From Moniliella sp. 'wahieum' (taxonomy: Eukaryota), in assembly GCA_003971905.1 (NCBI GenBank), contig RSEE01000004.1, positions 496,001 to 560,000 on the forward strand: a DNA stretch of 64,000 nucleotides. Direction: 5' to 3'. The translations under genes and the position numbers were made by a program. The notes beneath the pieces are model-generated. The model did not search any database, had not been told where the DNA came from, and saw only the letters and a program-made list of their open reading frames with translations. Below, one piece after another: positions 26,371 to 38,911 of the stretch. Every line of letters starts with the position of its first letter. Position 1 is the first letter of the stretch.

Positions 26371-29300
26371 TTAAGTCGTCGTGTCGGACATAGGAGACGG
26401 AGAGAACCGATCGCCATGCTCCAAGGGGAGAGAGGAAATCGGAGACGACGGACGCATACGTGAGGGGCGCCTATGCGCGGGAGCGGGCGGGAGGAAGCCG
26501 TCCAGGGGATCCAGGGGCTCGACTTCGCCATTAAACGGACTGGGGACCGAGGTGAGCACGCTCACGGGTGAAGACGCATCCGACACCTGACCAATGGACG
26601 ACGAAATGAGATCCTGAATTCCCTCGTCCTCGTCTAACTTGTCCTCAACGGCCGCGGAGACTGTCCACGTCATATCCCCGGTGGCGAAGAGAGATCGGAG
26701 GAGGAGACGGGGGGGGGCGCAGGGGTGAGAGCCTCTTCCCCAGGTTGTTCCAGATCGGAGAGGGAAGACGTGTCGCTGAACGTGTCGATGATTGCAGCAA
26801 GGGACGTATCCACCGTTGTACTGGGGTGGTCCCCACCAATGGACTCTTTCCCGTCCACCTCCCCAACTGCTTTCATTCCAAGAGGACCATCTTCAAGGGA
26901 CCCAGCTCTCACAAGGGGTTCATCCTCAAGAGGCTCGTCCACACTCGCTTCCCTCCCCGAAGGTCTCCCTCAAGTGACTCCTCCACAACGGATTCCTCTT
27001 CAAGAGGCTCCTCCACAAGGCAGTCCTCTTCAAGATGATGGTCCTCGTGGAACTCCTCTTCGTAAGGGGTTTCTTCAGGAGGCATCTCCTGAGCAGGCAC
27101 CTCCTGAGCAGGTACCTCTTGAGCAGGCACCTCCTGAGCAGGCACATCTTGAGCAGGCACCTCCTGAGCAGGCACTTCCTGAGAAGGCACCTGAGCTGGA
27201 ATCTCCTGAGCAGGAATCTCCTGAGCAGGAATCTCCTGAGCAGGAATCTCCTGAACAAGAATCTCCTGAACAAGAATCTCCTGAACAAGAATCTCCTCAG
27301 CAGGAATCTCCTCGGCCGGCTCCTCAATAAGCGTCTCCTCAATATTCCCCTCCTGAGAAGGCTCCTCATTTGCAGACACATCCATAGTAGGCTCTTCCGT
27401 AGCAAGCTTTTGCATACGAATCTCCTCACTAGGCACATCTTGGGCAGGTGGATCATCTTCGAGGGACCCATCTTGCACAAGAGATTCAGCACCTAGACGT
27501 TCCTCCACTCTGGCTTCCTCTGCGAGAAGGTCCCCCTCAAGTGGCTCTTCCACAAGGAATTCTTCCTCGAGAAGGTCATCCTCGTGGAACTCTTCTTCGC
27601 AAGGGGTTTCGTCAAGAGGCACATCCGTAGCGGGCACCTCCTTAGCAGGCACCTCCTTAGCAGGCACCTCCTTAGCAGGCACCTCCTTAGCAGACACCTC
27701 CTGAACAGGCACGCCCTGAGCAGGGAACTCCTCAAGAGGCCCCTTATCAGCCGGCTCCTCAATAAGCGACTCCTCAAGAGACCCTTGCTGAGTGAGCTCT
27801 TCAATAAGCGTCACATTAATACGCTTATCCGGAGCAGGCTCCTCCACAGGCTTCTCCTCAAGAGGCCCCTCCCGAGCAGGCTCCTTCATAGGAAGCTCAT
27901 CCTGAGAAGGCACCTCCTTAGCAGGCACCTTCTCAGCAGACACCTTCTCAGCAGACACCTCTACAACAGGCTGTGCCTTAGCGGGCTCCTGTTCTAGAGG
28001 CTCAGCACGAGGCTCTTGCCCAAGGGGATCCTCTCGCGTTTCCCCCTGACCAGGATCACTCAAACGGGATTGATCTAGAGGTACTGCGGAATAGGCGCCG
28101 CCTCACCCGGCTCACTTGGCGAGACTCCACCTGCCGTAAAATCTCCGCAGGAGGCTCCGACTTGCGATGCTCTCCTCCTCTCGACACCCTTCAACATGAG
28201 CCTCCTCAGCATGAATGCCCCGATGAAGATGCTCTTCCTCCAGGTGGCGTACCTACGCGCGGCTCACCCACATGTGGGCTTTCCTCCAGCGCTTGATTCA
28301 CGGGTGACTTTGCCTCCATTGGGACGGTTGCGCCCGAACCTTCGGCTAATGGGTCCGTCAAAGTCAACGAGGCCGAGGAGACGAAGGACGCCGCACCCTG
28401 TGGGGTTGGCACCTCCTCGGTAGCAGAGAGTTCCTCGCCTTGGTAGTGGGAGGCAGGCACTGCAAGCATGGCAGTGGTTTGCCCCGCCTCAGATGAGACA
28501 GCGTCTTTCATCGGCTCCATAGGAGGGTGGGAGGGAGAGGCGGCTGGGGGTTCCAATGACGGTACGACGCAGTCCTCCTTCTCAACTGAAGGATCCACAG
28601 TGGCCGGCGTGGTTGTTGGCAGGATTAGCTCCCCGTCCGCTTTTTCCACTTCCTCCATCTGGCTGGCAGATGGTTCGGGCCCAGAGGCGGGTTTGGGTGC
28701 AAATGGTGCAAGGGGCGATGATCCCCCTCATGTTGGCAGGTGCGTCCCCTGAGGAAGTGGGGACCATAGGCAGAGGAAATGGACCTGCCATTTCGGTGCT
28801 CACCCCTGGGACTACGGGGGAAGCAGGGGTAACCGTCACGTCCATCAACTCACTGGAGGGATGACCTGGCTCGGCGATAGGGAGAGTTGTAACCAGCTGA
28901 GAGGAAGGGTCGGTATTTAATTCAGCGGCAACGGAGACGGGCGCATCCTCCGTTCCTTCCATGGCAGAGACGGTGCGGGGCTGTTCAGGGAGGCACATAT
29001 TCAGTTGTGAATGCGTATGTGCCTCTCCCACTACGTTGACCTCGAGTGCGGGGGGTGCTGGTCGTGCTTCAGCACTCCCCTGGTCGGTGGACGGTATCCT
29101 GAGCACCGGTGATTCCGTTTTGGCGGCGGCAGGGATCGTCCTCGTGGTACCATGGGGGGCTGAGTAGTGGTAGTACTACACCCGGTATGACGTTGGGAAG
29201 CATCGTCTTCAGCCACGCTGGCCACCGGCATCACACTTTCATGGTCCTTGGGCGCCAGAACATGTTGGCTTTTGTTCTTTCCGTTCAACTCGTGAGGTCT

Positions 29301-30970
29301 GGACCCGAGGCCATCCATGTCAGGGGTGGGCCACACCCAGATGTTGGATCTGAAAGAAGGGGGGTTAGTGGATTCTCGGACTTCCGGAAGGCACCTTATA
29401 CGTACGAGCCATCCAGTAGCCTAGGCTCCGTCAATGTGACCGGCTTCGTAGATGGTGGGACATGGGGTAAGTCCCAGCCGAGTCGCTGGGCAAGGTAGCT
29501 AACGATGTATCAGGGTCACCGAGAAGCTGACATCCGACTGAAAGTGGGGCACATGTGTCTGATGATCATAATAACCGGGGACCGATGCGGCATGAGTGCG
29601 ACCAAGTCGGCAGCGAGCGTCGAGGCGTTCAGTGGAGAGCCTACAATAATAATCAGATCTGCGTAGTGGACGGTCCACCTCGAGAAGTCTTGCAGTTGGC
29701 TCGACACGCTCTCTCCGACAAATGCAATGTCAGGCTGACAAAGTCAGAAAAGTTCCAAAAAAGAAGAGGAAAGCAGACGTACCTTGAGTACCCCCAAGCC
29801 AGGCTGGGCATCATTTTCTTGCGCAAAGACCCAGTGCACCTCACCATTGGGTCCCGCACGTTTTTTGCGTCGTTGATTGACAGCGCGTTCCTCGCAGGTA
29901 GGGCATTGGGGTACTTCCCTGGCCATAATGGCTGCTTGTATCTGCGCCTTCTCGACCCGCGTTTTACATGTTGGATCGGTACAGGTGGCCGTAGCGATGC
30001 TGCCGTGACATTGGAATAAGCGCGTGATGCCTGCCGATTGTCCGAGCATGTCGATGTTCTCAGTGTAATTGCGCAACAGCCGGTCCCGGTCTTGTAGAAG
30101 CTTGACAAACTGATACGAGACCGAAGGTTGAGCAGTCGAAGAAAAAATTGTATGTCTACACCAAGTCAGTATTCTCCTGTATGTGAATGTCACCAATCGA
30201 CAGGGGTGTGCACGTACGCAGCATTGTAGAAAATGCTCGGGTTGGCAAAAAGCGGCTGATGTCAAACATGTCATCCGGGATTTGGACATCAGAGGTTCCC
30301 TCGAATGAATATAAATACCGTTTTGGGAGCGAACGTCGAGGTTCCCGCCAGGCGCACTGATTTCCGCTCCGGTCAAGACAAGGATGTTGTGGGCCGCAAG
30401 GATCAAGTTGACCGCATCATCAGGGTGCTGTATTGGTCCAAACGGGGACGTTGTTGCAATGCTCGATCAGCTTTATTTAACGGCACATCAGCTTGTCTCA
30501 TGCGCTCTGCGAGAATGCTCACTAATTGGTCTCTGGGTAGGTCACGATTCACAAAGTATTCAGCCTGGGGAAAGTGTCAGTTTAATGCGCTTGTGCTTTA
30601 CACAAACTACAAGAGCATCACATACCTTTTCAAGCCCTTTGGCGGCGAGAAACAAGGGAATCTAGGGAACAAAATCGAGTGTCAGCTATCTGACGCCCCT
30701 GCACCTCGTTGCCACAGGCACCAACGAACATCCAAATCGTTTGCATAACGATTTAACCAACGCTCCAGGCCGTAGTTTTGTAGATCCGTATGGAGTTGCT
30801 CAAGACGATCAGGGGGAAACGCCTGGTGAGCTAGCACAGCATTTAGGGGGTTAAGAACGCGTTCCATTCCATCTCCCAGCGCGGGGTGTCAGGGGGTCAA
30901 GTGGTAACGAACCGGCCTGCTTGAGCTGCTCAGCCCGCATGTCGGACTCTAACGCCGGAAGACTGGACAT
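26371..30970 (-). CDS. Divergent Sir2-family NAD-dependent deacylase, multi-intron, probably continuing into a long acidic repeat tail
   Basis: NILVLTGAEIS...DVRSQNGIY; LLRNYTENID...QCHGSIATATC...C...VPQCPTC; GVLK/PDIAFVGE across intron 29735-29782; ADLIIIVGSPL. Linkage to the 26371-29400 acidic ORFs is inferred from strand and adjacency. Confidence 0.78.
26880..27990 (-). repeat. 15-bp coding tandem repeats (A-Q/K-E-V/I-P) nested in a duplicated module of about 550 bp
   Basis: Plus-strand (TCTCCTGAGCAGGAA / CCTCCTGAGCAGGCA)n at 27085-27310 and (CCTCCTTAGCAGGCA)n at 27635-27720; peptide block ETP[YC]EEEFHED...LVEEPLE occurs twice. Confidence 0.9.
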
Positions 30971-31180
30971 GTCGGAAACGAAGGGGAGACGCGTGCTCCA
31001 GAGTTCGACACTGCAAGCGCAGAGGGAAAAGGAGACAACGGCGATGGTGGTGGCGATGGAGTTGAAGAGTAGTCCGCCGTGCCCCGCCGCTAGCGCTAGC
31101 AGACGCAGCGGCGACAACTCTGGCACACTAGTCATAACCCTACCCTACCCTCTGTCGTGTCTGCTATGCCACGTCGCCTG

Positions 31181-31228
31181 TGACATGTGACATGTGGCAC
31201 GTGACGCGTGAAGCTTGAAGATGCATGA
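31181..31228. repeat. Mixed-spacer heptamer array
   Basis: TGA CATG TGA CATG TGG CACG TGA CGCG TGA AGCT TGA. Confidence 0.85.
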
Positions 31229-31937
31229 GCCTGAGGTCGGGGGTTTATCCTTAGTAGCCAGGCTAGCAACACTTCCCCCCAACTCCGGCAATTTCCCCAC
31301 CACATCATATTTTCTTCAGCCACACAAACTCCATCCCTGTTCTCCGCTCGGGGCCCCACCTTTTATGAGGATGGCCCAGTCATGAGGCCAAGACGGCAGG
31401 TGTGAGGCGATACGACAAGCGAGAGATTTCCGCGGTGAGACTGCCCTCGATGTGCAAACAAATGCCGGTGTATACACGCGTAGGCTTCTCGGAAGTCAAA
31501 GAGGGACAGCAAACCAGACCAGCCGTATAGCATCGTAACGCGCGAGTAATGCGAAACGCGCAACGCGCCAACGTGGGTGGGCCAAAAAATAAATGACGGC
31601 GGGAGAGGTAGGACAGGTGACCCGGATGGGCGCGCGATCGGGACAAAGGCCAGGATTGCGATTTCACTAATTTCACTTCCACACCGGGGCCAGCCGGCCG
31701 TTTGGAAGGCGGGGCCAGTAGGGTTGGAGGCAAGCAAGCGCCCTGCTGGAATTTCTAAGCGGGGCCCGGGCACGGGGCGGTGCTCACCTATATGCCTGAC
31801 AGCGCACGGCCAAAGCCGGCACCGGCACAGGACGAGTGTCCTGCCCGGACGGCCCCGTGGCCGCTTCTTCAGGCTGGGGCTGGAGGCGCTTGGGCTGGCG
31901 GTGCTTTGCGAGGCTTTGCCCGACACCCTCCACCGCC

Positions 31938-33151
31938 ATGTTCGCTCGTGTTGCTGCTGCCCGTGCCCTGCAGGCTACCTCGGCCGCCCCTGCGGTGCGT
32001 GGCTTCCACGCCTCCGCTGCCCAGGCTGCCACCCTGCGTGAGCTGGAGCAGCGGATCAAGTCTGTCGGCAACATTGAGAAGATCACCAATCGATGAAGAT
32101 GATTGCCTCGACCCAGCTCAACAAGGCCCAGCGCGGCATGGCTGCTAAGGCATACGGCAATGCCAACCAGGGTGAGTGCCTGTTCTGTGATTCTGATTGG
32201 TCCCAAGCCGATGGCGCGTTGGTAGTTTTTCAGGGTGGTCTGCATGAGGCTTCTTTGGAAACACCATCTTGCTTGCCGCCGTGCCCAATCCCTTCCACAA
32301 ACAGTGGAACTGTGGCCCTACTCTTGTCCCCACTTCAGACTTGTGGGCGCGTTGGCCCGAGCGGACAATGGGGACGCGTCCAGGAGGTGATGGGACCAGG
32401 AGGCGGGACACGGTTGGGACTTGCTCCGCTCCCGGCTAAATGGACCACCCATCCTTCTTATCCCGATTTGTGCTGACCCTTTACACCAGAGATCTTCAAG
32501 CAGACTGGTGCCAAGGCCCCGGAGGGTGGCAAGCAGCTGATTGTCGTCGTGTCGTCGGACAAGGGTCTCTGCGGTGGTATTCACTCTGCGGTTACGAAGA
32601 AGACGCGGCAAGTACTCTAACGCGCCCGAGGGTGACAAGCCCCAGATCATTGTGGTCGGTGACAAGTCCAAGGCGCAGCTGCACCGTGCTCTTCCAGAGG
32701 CTCTGGTGCTCTCTTTCAGCGGCTTTGGTAAGGAGAACGCCACGTTCGCCGACGCTGCCGCTATCACCGACCTGATCTTTGCTCAAGGTCTTGAGTTTGA
32801 CTCGATCAAGATTGTGTACAACAAGTACATGTCTGCCATCTCGTTCGAGTCGGTTGCAGACACTGTGTACGCCGGAAGGTCCTTGCTGAGGCCCCTGAGT
32901 TCAACGTGTACGAGGCCGAGGAGGGATATGTCTCGGATCTTGCCCAGTTCTCCATTTGCAACGCCATCTTCGCTGCGCTGGCTGAGGGCCACGCATCAGA
33001 GATCAACTCCAAGCGGAACGCTATGGACAACGCCTCCAAGAACGCCGGCGAAATGATCACCAGCCTCAACATGGCATACAACCGTGGTCGCCAGGCTGCC
33101 ATTACCAACGAGCTTGTCGAGATTATCACGGGTGCATCGGCAATGGAGTAA
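31938..33151 (+). CDS. ATP3: Mitochondrial F1-ATP synthase gamma subunit (intron 32172-32489; indels)
   Basis: Presequence, then ATLRELEQRIKSVGNIEKIT...MKMIAST; SSDKGLCGGIHS; EGHASEINSKRNAMDNASKNAGEMI...YNRGRQAAITNELVEIITGASAM. Confidence 0.97.
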
Positions 33152-33968
33152 GACGCATGAACGTTTAATCCGGGTGCCACGACGCCAACCAAGAAAGTTA
33201 TTCCATCCATCCCTTGGGCCTGTTATGTTGGGTCGCTCGACATCGATATAGTCGAGGTCGCAGGTTGTACTCGGTGTGGTTCGATGCTGTGGTTCGATGC
33301 TGAGCCCATCGCTGTTGACTAAGAAAGTTCGCCTGAACAAGCAGTGGACGTTGGGCTATCATGTATCATTTTGGTTGCGCCTGCACCCTATGTAGGTCTG
33401 CAATACAGTTGAGAGCCGCCAGACTGGGCCACGTTTGTGTCTTGAGACGTTCCGCCGCTTGATAGTCTGAGGCCTCAGTCTGAGGAGAGTCTTAGTGGCC
33501 CCGTCTTCAGGCTGTTATAACTATCGACGTCGCAAGTCTCTTCCTCATCAACCTCATAGGCCTCATCGACTTCATCGACCACCTGATGGCGTTGTTGATG
33601 TCTGTCTTCTTCCTTGGGTGTCATGATCCAGGATGGGGTGCCAATGGGGGAACGGGTGGGCAGAGCAGGAGCTTGCTGTTCTCCACCTCCGCTCTATATT
33701 CCTCCTATCCTCATTCTCTCGCCGCAGACGCCCAACCGATGGGGAATCTAAACTATGAGGAGACAGCAAGGCACGTGCATAGATTGTTAGCACAGCCCAA
33801 GCAGGCAGACAGGTGGGGCCAACACAATGCCCGTATGCGGGTCATACAAAAGCAACATAATCGCTGGCTCATTAGTATCTGATCAATTAGCCCTTGGCAG
33901 CGGAGCGACGCGACGTGGATCCCGACGGGTCGGGCGGGGGGAGGGCTTGAGAGAAGGTGAGTCTTCTA

Positions 33969-35990
33969 CTAGCTCGGCTTGGGTAGGAATGTTGCGGGGG
34001 CGGGGGCGAGAGATTGGGCGGGCAGATTGTGGGGTCTGCGGCGCGTGACTGTGGTCTGGGTTCGAAGGGTGCCGTTGGGCATGGCCCAGGCAAGCACGAG
34101 TGCCGGAAGGAGCACGGCAGTGGCGAGGATGCAGGTGAGGTACATGACCCGTACCCAGGCCTGGATGATCCCCGTCCGCTCGGGTGAGCCAAGCGGATAG
34201 GAAAGCGCGGTGGAGAGGGAGCCGTAGATTTTGCGGCGCTGCTCAGCATCAAGCTGAGGAAGCAGTTCGGCCAGGTGCCGGGGCAGACGGTCGGACACAA
34301 TCAACCCTGCCAGCGCCGAGCCCAACGCCGCCCCCACCTCAGTCACCAGCAGTTGGAACGCCGTCACCGTTGCCACATCCCGAGGAGCAGCATAGACTTG
34401 CGCCGCGACCTGCATCGTGATGGCCACCGCGCCGCCTCCGACGCCTTGCAGCAGTTGGCACAAGACCAGGAGGGGAGTTGGTCTTCATTATTACGGAAGC
34501 GTACCATCAAGCTTACCCCCACAATCCGCACCACCACGCCGAGGATCATGAGCGTTCGAAAACGTCGGGTGGTCGACATGACCCATCCGACCATCAGACC
34601 AACAAGAGTGGAGGTGATGTTCTGGGTGGTGGAAAGTAGGCAGTGCGGGTCTGATTCCATCCCTTGACAACCTGAATAAAGGCCGATAGGTAGGTGAAGG
34701 TGAGGGTGAACGAGGCAAAGTCAACCAGTCCGAGGAGGCAAACATAGATAGTTTGGCGGAGTGCATGGATGGGCACGATGGGAGTCTGGGTGCGGGTCTG
34801 CCAGTAGAGACACAGCGCAAGGAGTGTTCCCCCAGCCAGCGCGTACTGGGCATTGTCCTTGGACGAAAGTGGTCCCGAAGTGTCAAAGGTAATAGCAATA
34901 GGAGCCAGCCAACGGCAAACAGGCACAAACCGAAAAAGTCCAGCGAAGCACCAAGACGTCTCACTTTCTTCCCCCATGTCAAAGAATGAGGAAGATGGAG
35001 GCGGATGTGCCGACCTTGATCCCGTGGGCGTGAACTGAGATGAAGCGCGGGGCGCATGAGAGGCGTGGTAGGAGAGAAAGGAGACGGAGGTTGGGCGGAT
35101 GAAGCTGGGTCATCCGGGGACAGGCACCCGGCCCGGATTTGCCTGGTCAATAGAGAGGGTGATGAGCAGCGGCAAGGCGGCCAGGGGTACAAGCACTGCG
35201 TACGCGCCAATCCCCACTCGCCAACTGGCATTTCTAACGACCAGGTCAGCGAGTGGGCCAGCAAGAGCAAAGTTGATCAGGTATGGCAGATTGATTGCCC
35301 CCAGCACCAGGCCGCGATATTGAGGCGAAGTCGTGTCTGCAATGATGATGCTTTGAAGAATTGTATTCCCGTCGTTCCGGCAGACTGGATGACGACGCCC
35401 AGCAAGAAGCTCCGAAATGTACCTGCTGTGGCGACAAGGCTGTATCCTCCCGAGTAGAACGCGAGTGCGAGTGCCAAGGCCTCGGCTCGACCAAACACAT
35501 CACTCACCACGGCAATGGGGGGCTTGGCCACAGCATAGACCATCTGCTGGGCAATGCTGACAGTGGAAAAGGAGGCGAGCGCACCAAAATCCGAGAGACC
35601 CCAGTTGTAGTACAGATAGGCTGTATTGGACTCGAGCGAAGTGAAAAAACAAACGCAGAAGATGGCGCCGTACATGACGGCGAGGCGGCGGCGGCGGGCC
35701 CGCGCTGCGCGCATCGCCGCTCCACAACAGGGCTCGGGCGCGGACCAGACGCTGGAGGTACGGGCAAGATAACCTGAGGAGGGCGGATGATAGGTGGCGT
35801 TGTATTGGCGGGTGGAGGCGTGTTGGCTAGGCAGTAAAGGTTCTTGCTCTGTCCCAGATCCTGTTCCGTTAAGCCTCCCGTTGTCAGAGCAAGGGCCCGA
35901 TACAGCAAGGGGCAACGTGAGATGAGTAGGCGATGGAAGGGGTGGGTGAGCGATGGGGCAGGGACTGTGCTCTAACGCGGGATGGGACAA
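33969..35990 (-). CDS. MFS siderophore-iron transporter (ARN/Sit1/MirB family), frameshifted; start uncertain
   Basis: FSTVSIAQQMVYAVAKPPIAVVSDVFGRAEA...GYSLVATA; SWRVGIG; KIYGSLSTALSYPLGSPERTGIIQAW. Confidence 0.85.
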
Positions 35991-36733
35991 GTGGACGGGG
36001 GAGTGCAGGGGCGAACGTGGGGGAGGAAAAAGAGTGTTGGCGGTGGTGTCGAACGGTCAACCGACACGTCCGCCCAGGTGGCATGCAGAGCAGCAGGAGA
36101 AGATGGTTGAGGTGCATCTTCCTCCTGCTCCTCATCCTCTTCTTCTCCTTCCTCTTCTTCCTCTTCTTCTCGTCGTCATCGTCCTCGCCTTCTTCGCCGG
36201 CCGCTGTGTCGTGAATGCGCGGGGAGGGGGGTGGACGAAAGAGAAAACTAGCCTCCAGCGCGGCCACCTCGGCCCCGGCCAGTTGGTTGGGCCCCAGGAG
36301 AAGGGAGATGGCGCGGGGAGCGATGGGGAGGAAGCGGCCGGGTCGGACGGGGAGGCGGTGGACGCCGACGAGGCCGACAGGGCTGGCGACGCGGGCGGGC
36401 CAGCACCTTGGGCAGGCGGGGCCAGGGCAGACATGGGACACAGGCCGAACCCAGGCAGCCAGCAGTCGCACCTGGCCTAGCTGATCAGCTCCAGCGGTGT
36501 GGAGGCCGGCGGGATCGGGGTAGTTGCGGTGTGTGTGGGTGGTGGGTGGTGGTGGCAGCCCTCCAGCCGCCCGCTGGCCCAGACGGCGTAGGCCGAGCTG
36601 GCATATTTGGTAACCGGCACACTGCCCCTGCGCCGCCTGGAACAGCACGTGGCTACTGTCCATTTCACATTTTTTGTCCCGCCTTCCACCACCTCCACGA
36701 GTCGGGAGATCGAATTGGTCATCTTCATCGGCC

Positions 36734-37079
36734 ATGCCGCGCATTGACTTTCGTGGTATGTCCTCCGCCTGCCTGTGCTGCGTGCCTGTGCAGGCGCGAC
36801 TGACCCCCGCCAGTGACCGGCAAAGTGCAGGGCGTCTTTTTCCGTCGCCACACCATCACCACCGCCCAGCAACTCGGCCTGCGCGGCTGGGTGCGCAACG
36901 ATCCCGATGGCGCGGTCGTTGGCGAGGCGAGCGGGACGCAGGCCACGATGGACGCCTTCGTATCCTTCTTGCACCAGGGCCCGCCAGCAGCCGTGGTGGA
37001 CAAGGTCACCATTGTCCCGTCCCAGCTAGCCGACGAGGCGCTGCCGCTGCCCTTTGCGCTCCGCAAGCACCTCGCCTAA
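36734..37079 (+). CDS. Acylphosphatase
   Basis: MPRIDFR/VTGKVQGVFFR...LGLRGWVRNDPDGAVVGEA...GPPAAVVDKV; intron 36756-36813 (GTATGT...CTGAC...CAG). Confidence 0.93.
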
Positions 37080-38350
37080 CCACGCAAATCTACGTGGAAC
37101 TACTGGACAACATAGCAGATCTAGATAGCTTCGTGCCTTCGCCACTGTTGCTCCCAGACATGCATCATGCATGCGCAGTGTTCCTGCAAGTAGGGTACAG
37201 TCATTCCGCCAGTGTTGGGTACAGGCCGATGAGCAACTCACTGTACAGTTCCTCCGCGCAACACCCGACTCCATCGTCCCGGTATTCACCAGAGGAGGAG
37301 GCTGGTTCCCTGGCGCTAGGCTCAGAGGGGATTTTTGCATCTCAGTCTGTCCAGGCTCATGCGGCGCCCACAGAGGGCGTCGTCGGTTGGTGCTTTGAGG
37401 CAGATGGTTGTGCAGGGCTGGGCCTCTCCTTGATAAGGGCGAAGATGGAGTGCTGCTGTTGAGTGAGGTAGGTGCGTACATCTCGGCGATCGTGGCAATG
37501 TCCTCAAACCTGGTGAGTTGGCAGCAAATTGGAAAGCAATAGTGAGCGTCATGGCATCATAGCAAGTAGTTGTCAATCAATCAGACGCTCTCGTGCAGGC
37601 GGCGTATCGCGCAGCCGCTCAGCTATGGAGCAACTAGAGCGACCCTCGCACCGCCTGACACTTTTTGCCCGAGACTAGCCAGATCCCCCCTGTGGGGACT
37701 GAAGGCATCATTTCTGCGCAAGCGCGATGGCCCTGTAAAGGCTTCGCCTGATCCTCCACGAAGTCTTGCAGTGCTGCGCCGAGCAGAGCTGTGCATGCCT
37801 TGGAATTCGCCCTGCAAATCCGCGTTGGCCTGGCGAGCCAATCATGTGGAGGGCCGAGACAGCCGGGTTGAGATCCTCTCGGGCCACCGGCACCTACTCT
37901 ATCCGCACGTTACGCAACACAGCATTGAGCTATTCAAGAGTTCTGTGGTCGTGTGCCCGGCCTTCTTAGCCGCTCGCTCGTACGCCGCCAGTAGGCGTCC
38001 GTGCAGCACTTGCCCAATATCCATTTGGCCCGACGAGCCAGGACCCTCACGCCTTGTTCCAGCACGTCGAATTCAATTCACCTAGTGCTTTCACCCTGCC
38101 AACTGGAGTGCAGCAACAGCATCTCGCGATTCTTCAGGGGCACCACCCAGGTGGCTGGGCAGACTTCCCAGCGGAGCCACGGCAGAATCGACGGGACGCA
38201 TGCGCTCAGAAGTGCGGCCATCGTGATGCACGAGAGGGAGAAGGATGATGGCGATTGACGGCGATCATGTTCACGGTAGCTGCACATTTACGCTTGGGCC
38301 GCGTCATGGCCGTAGACTTGGTTGTTACGGCTGGTAGGCCGCGTCGTACA

Positions 38351-38745
38351 TCACGTGACGCGTGACGGGGCATGGCGATGCAGGAATGCATGGGGTGATG
38401 CATGATGCATGATGCATGGACCTCCTGGTCCTGCCTCGAGGCTTGGCGCTTGAACGTTGCAAATCGGAGAAGCACATGCCACATGCCACATGCCACCGGC
38501 CGCATGCCGCGTGTCCCAGAGCCGTCGGCGCATGCAACTTTCAACCAAGCGCACCCTCCGGGCTGCCGGGGTCCGTGCGCAGCGGGGGCGCAGCACGGGG
38601 CCAGCGTCCCTGGGCATCGCACCGCCCGGCTGTAGCCGACAGCGCTGCTATATGCTAGCCCATCATGCATGGCGCATGACGGTGACCGGTGAGTGTCCTG
38701 TCAGAGTGGCCGTGACGCGTGACGATGCGATCGATGACTAGTGAC
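38351..38745. repeat. Heptamer arrays upstream of SPE3-LYS9
   Basis: TGA CGCG TGA (38356), (TGATGCA)3 (38396), CCA CATG CCA CATG CCA CCGG (about 38479), TGA CGCG TGA and TGA CTAG TGA (38713-38745). Confidence 0.85.
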
Positions 38746-38911
38746 TACTCGCAGCCAACGGAGAAAAGCTGATACGAAGACTGGACAGACCGGCACGGCG
38801 CCGCAGTCGCAGCACTCCAGCCAGCCTCCCTACCACTCGGCATCGCCAGCGGTGGCTTTTTTCTTCTTCTTCTTCTGCCTTGCTGCTCTGCCCCACCACC
38901 TCCCTTGCGCC

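Noticed and set aside
27085..27720. Tandem repeats considered as a CRISPR array
   Set aside because: Contiguous 15-bp coding repeats with no unique spacers and no cas genes, in a eukaryotic context.
32172..32489. TPP riboswitch or snoRNA call for the ATP3 intron
   Set aside because: The diagnostic TPP motifs and properly placed C/D or H/ACA boxes were not found; kept only as an unexplained structured intron.
36132..36735. Minus-strand ORF whose ATG overlaps the acylphosphatase ATG in one CATG
   Set aside because: No recognisable domain, GC-rich low-complexity sequence and no room for a promoter; probably coincidence, though a small gene is not excluded.
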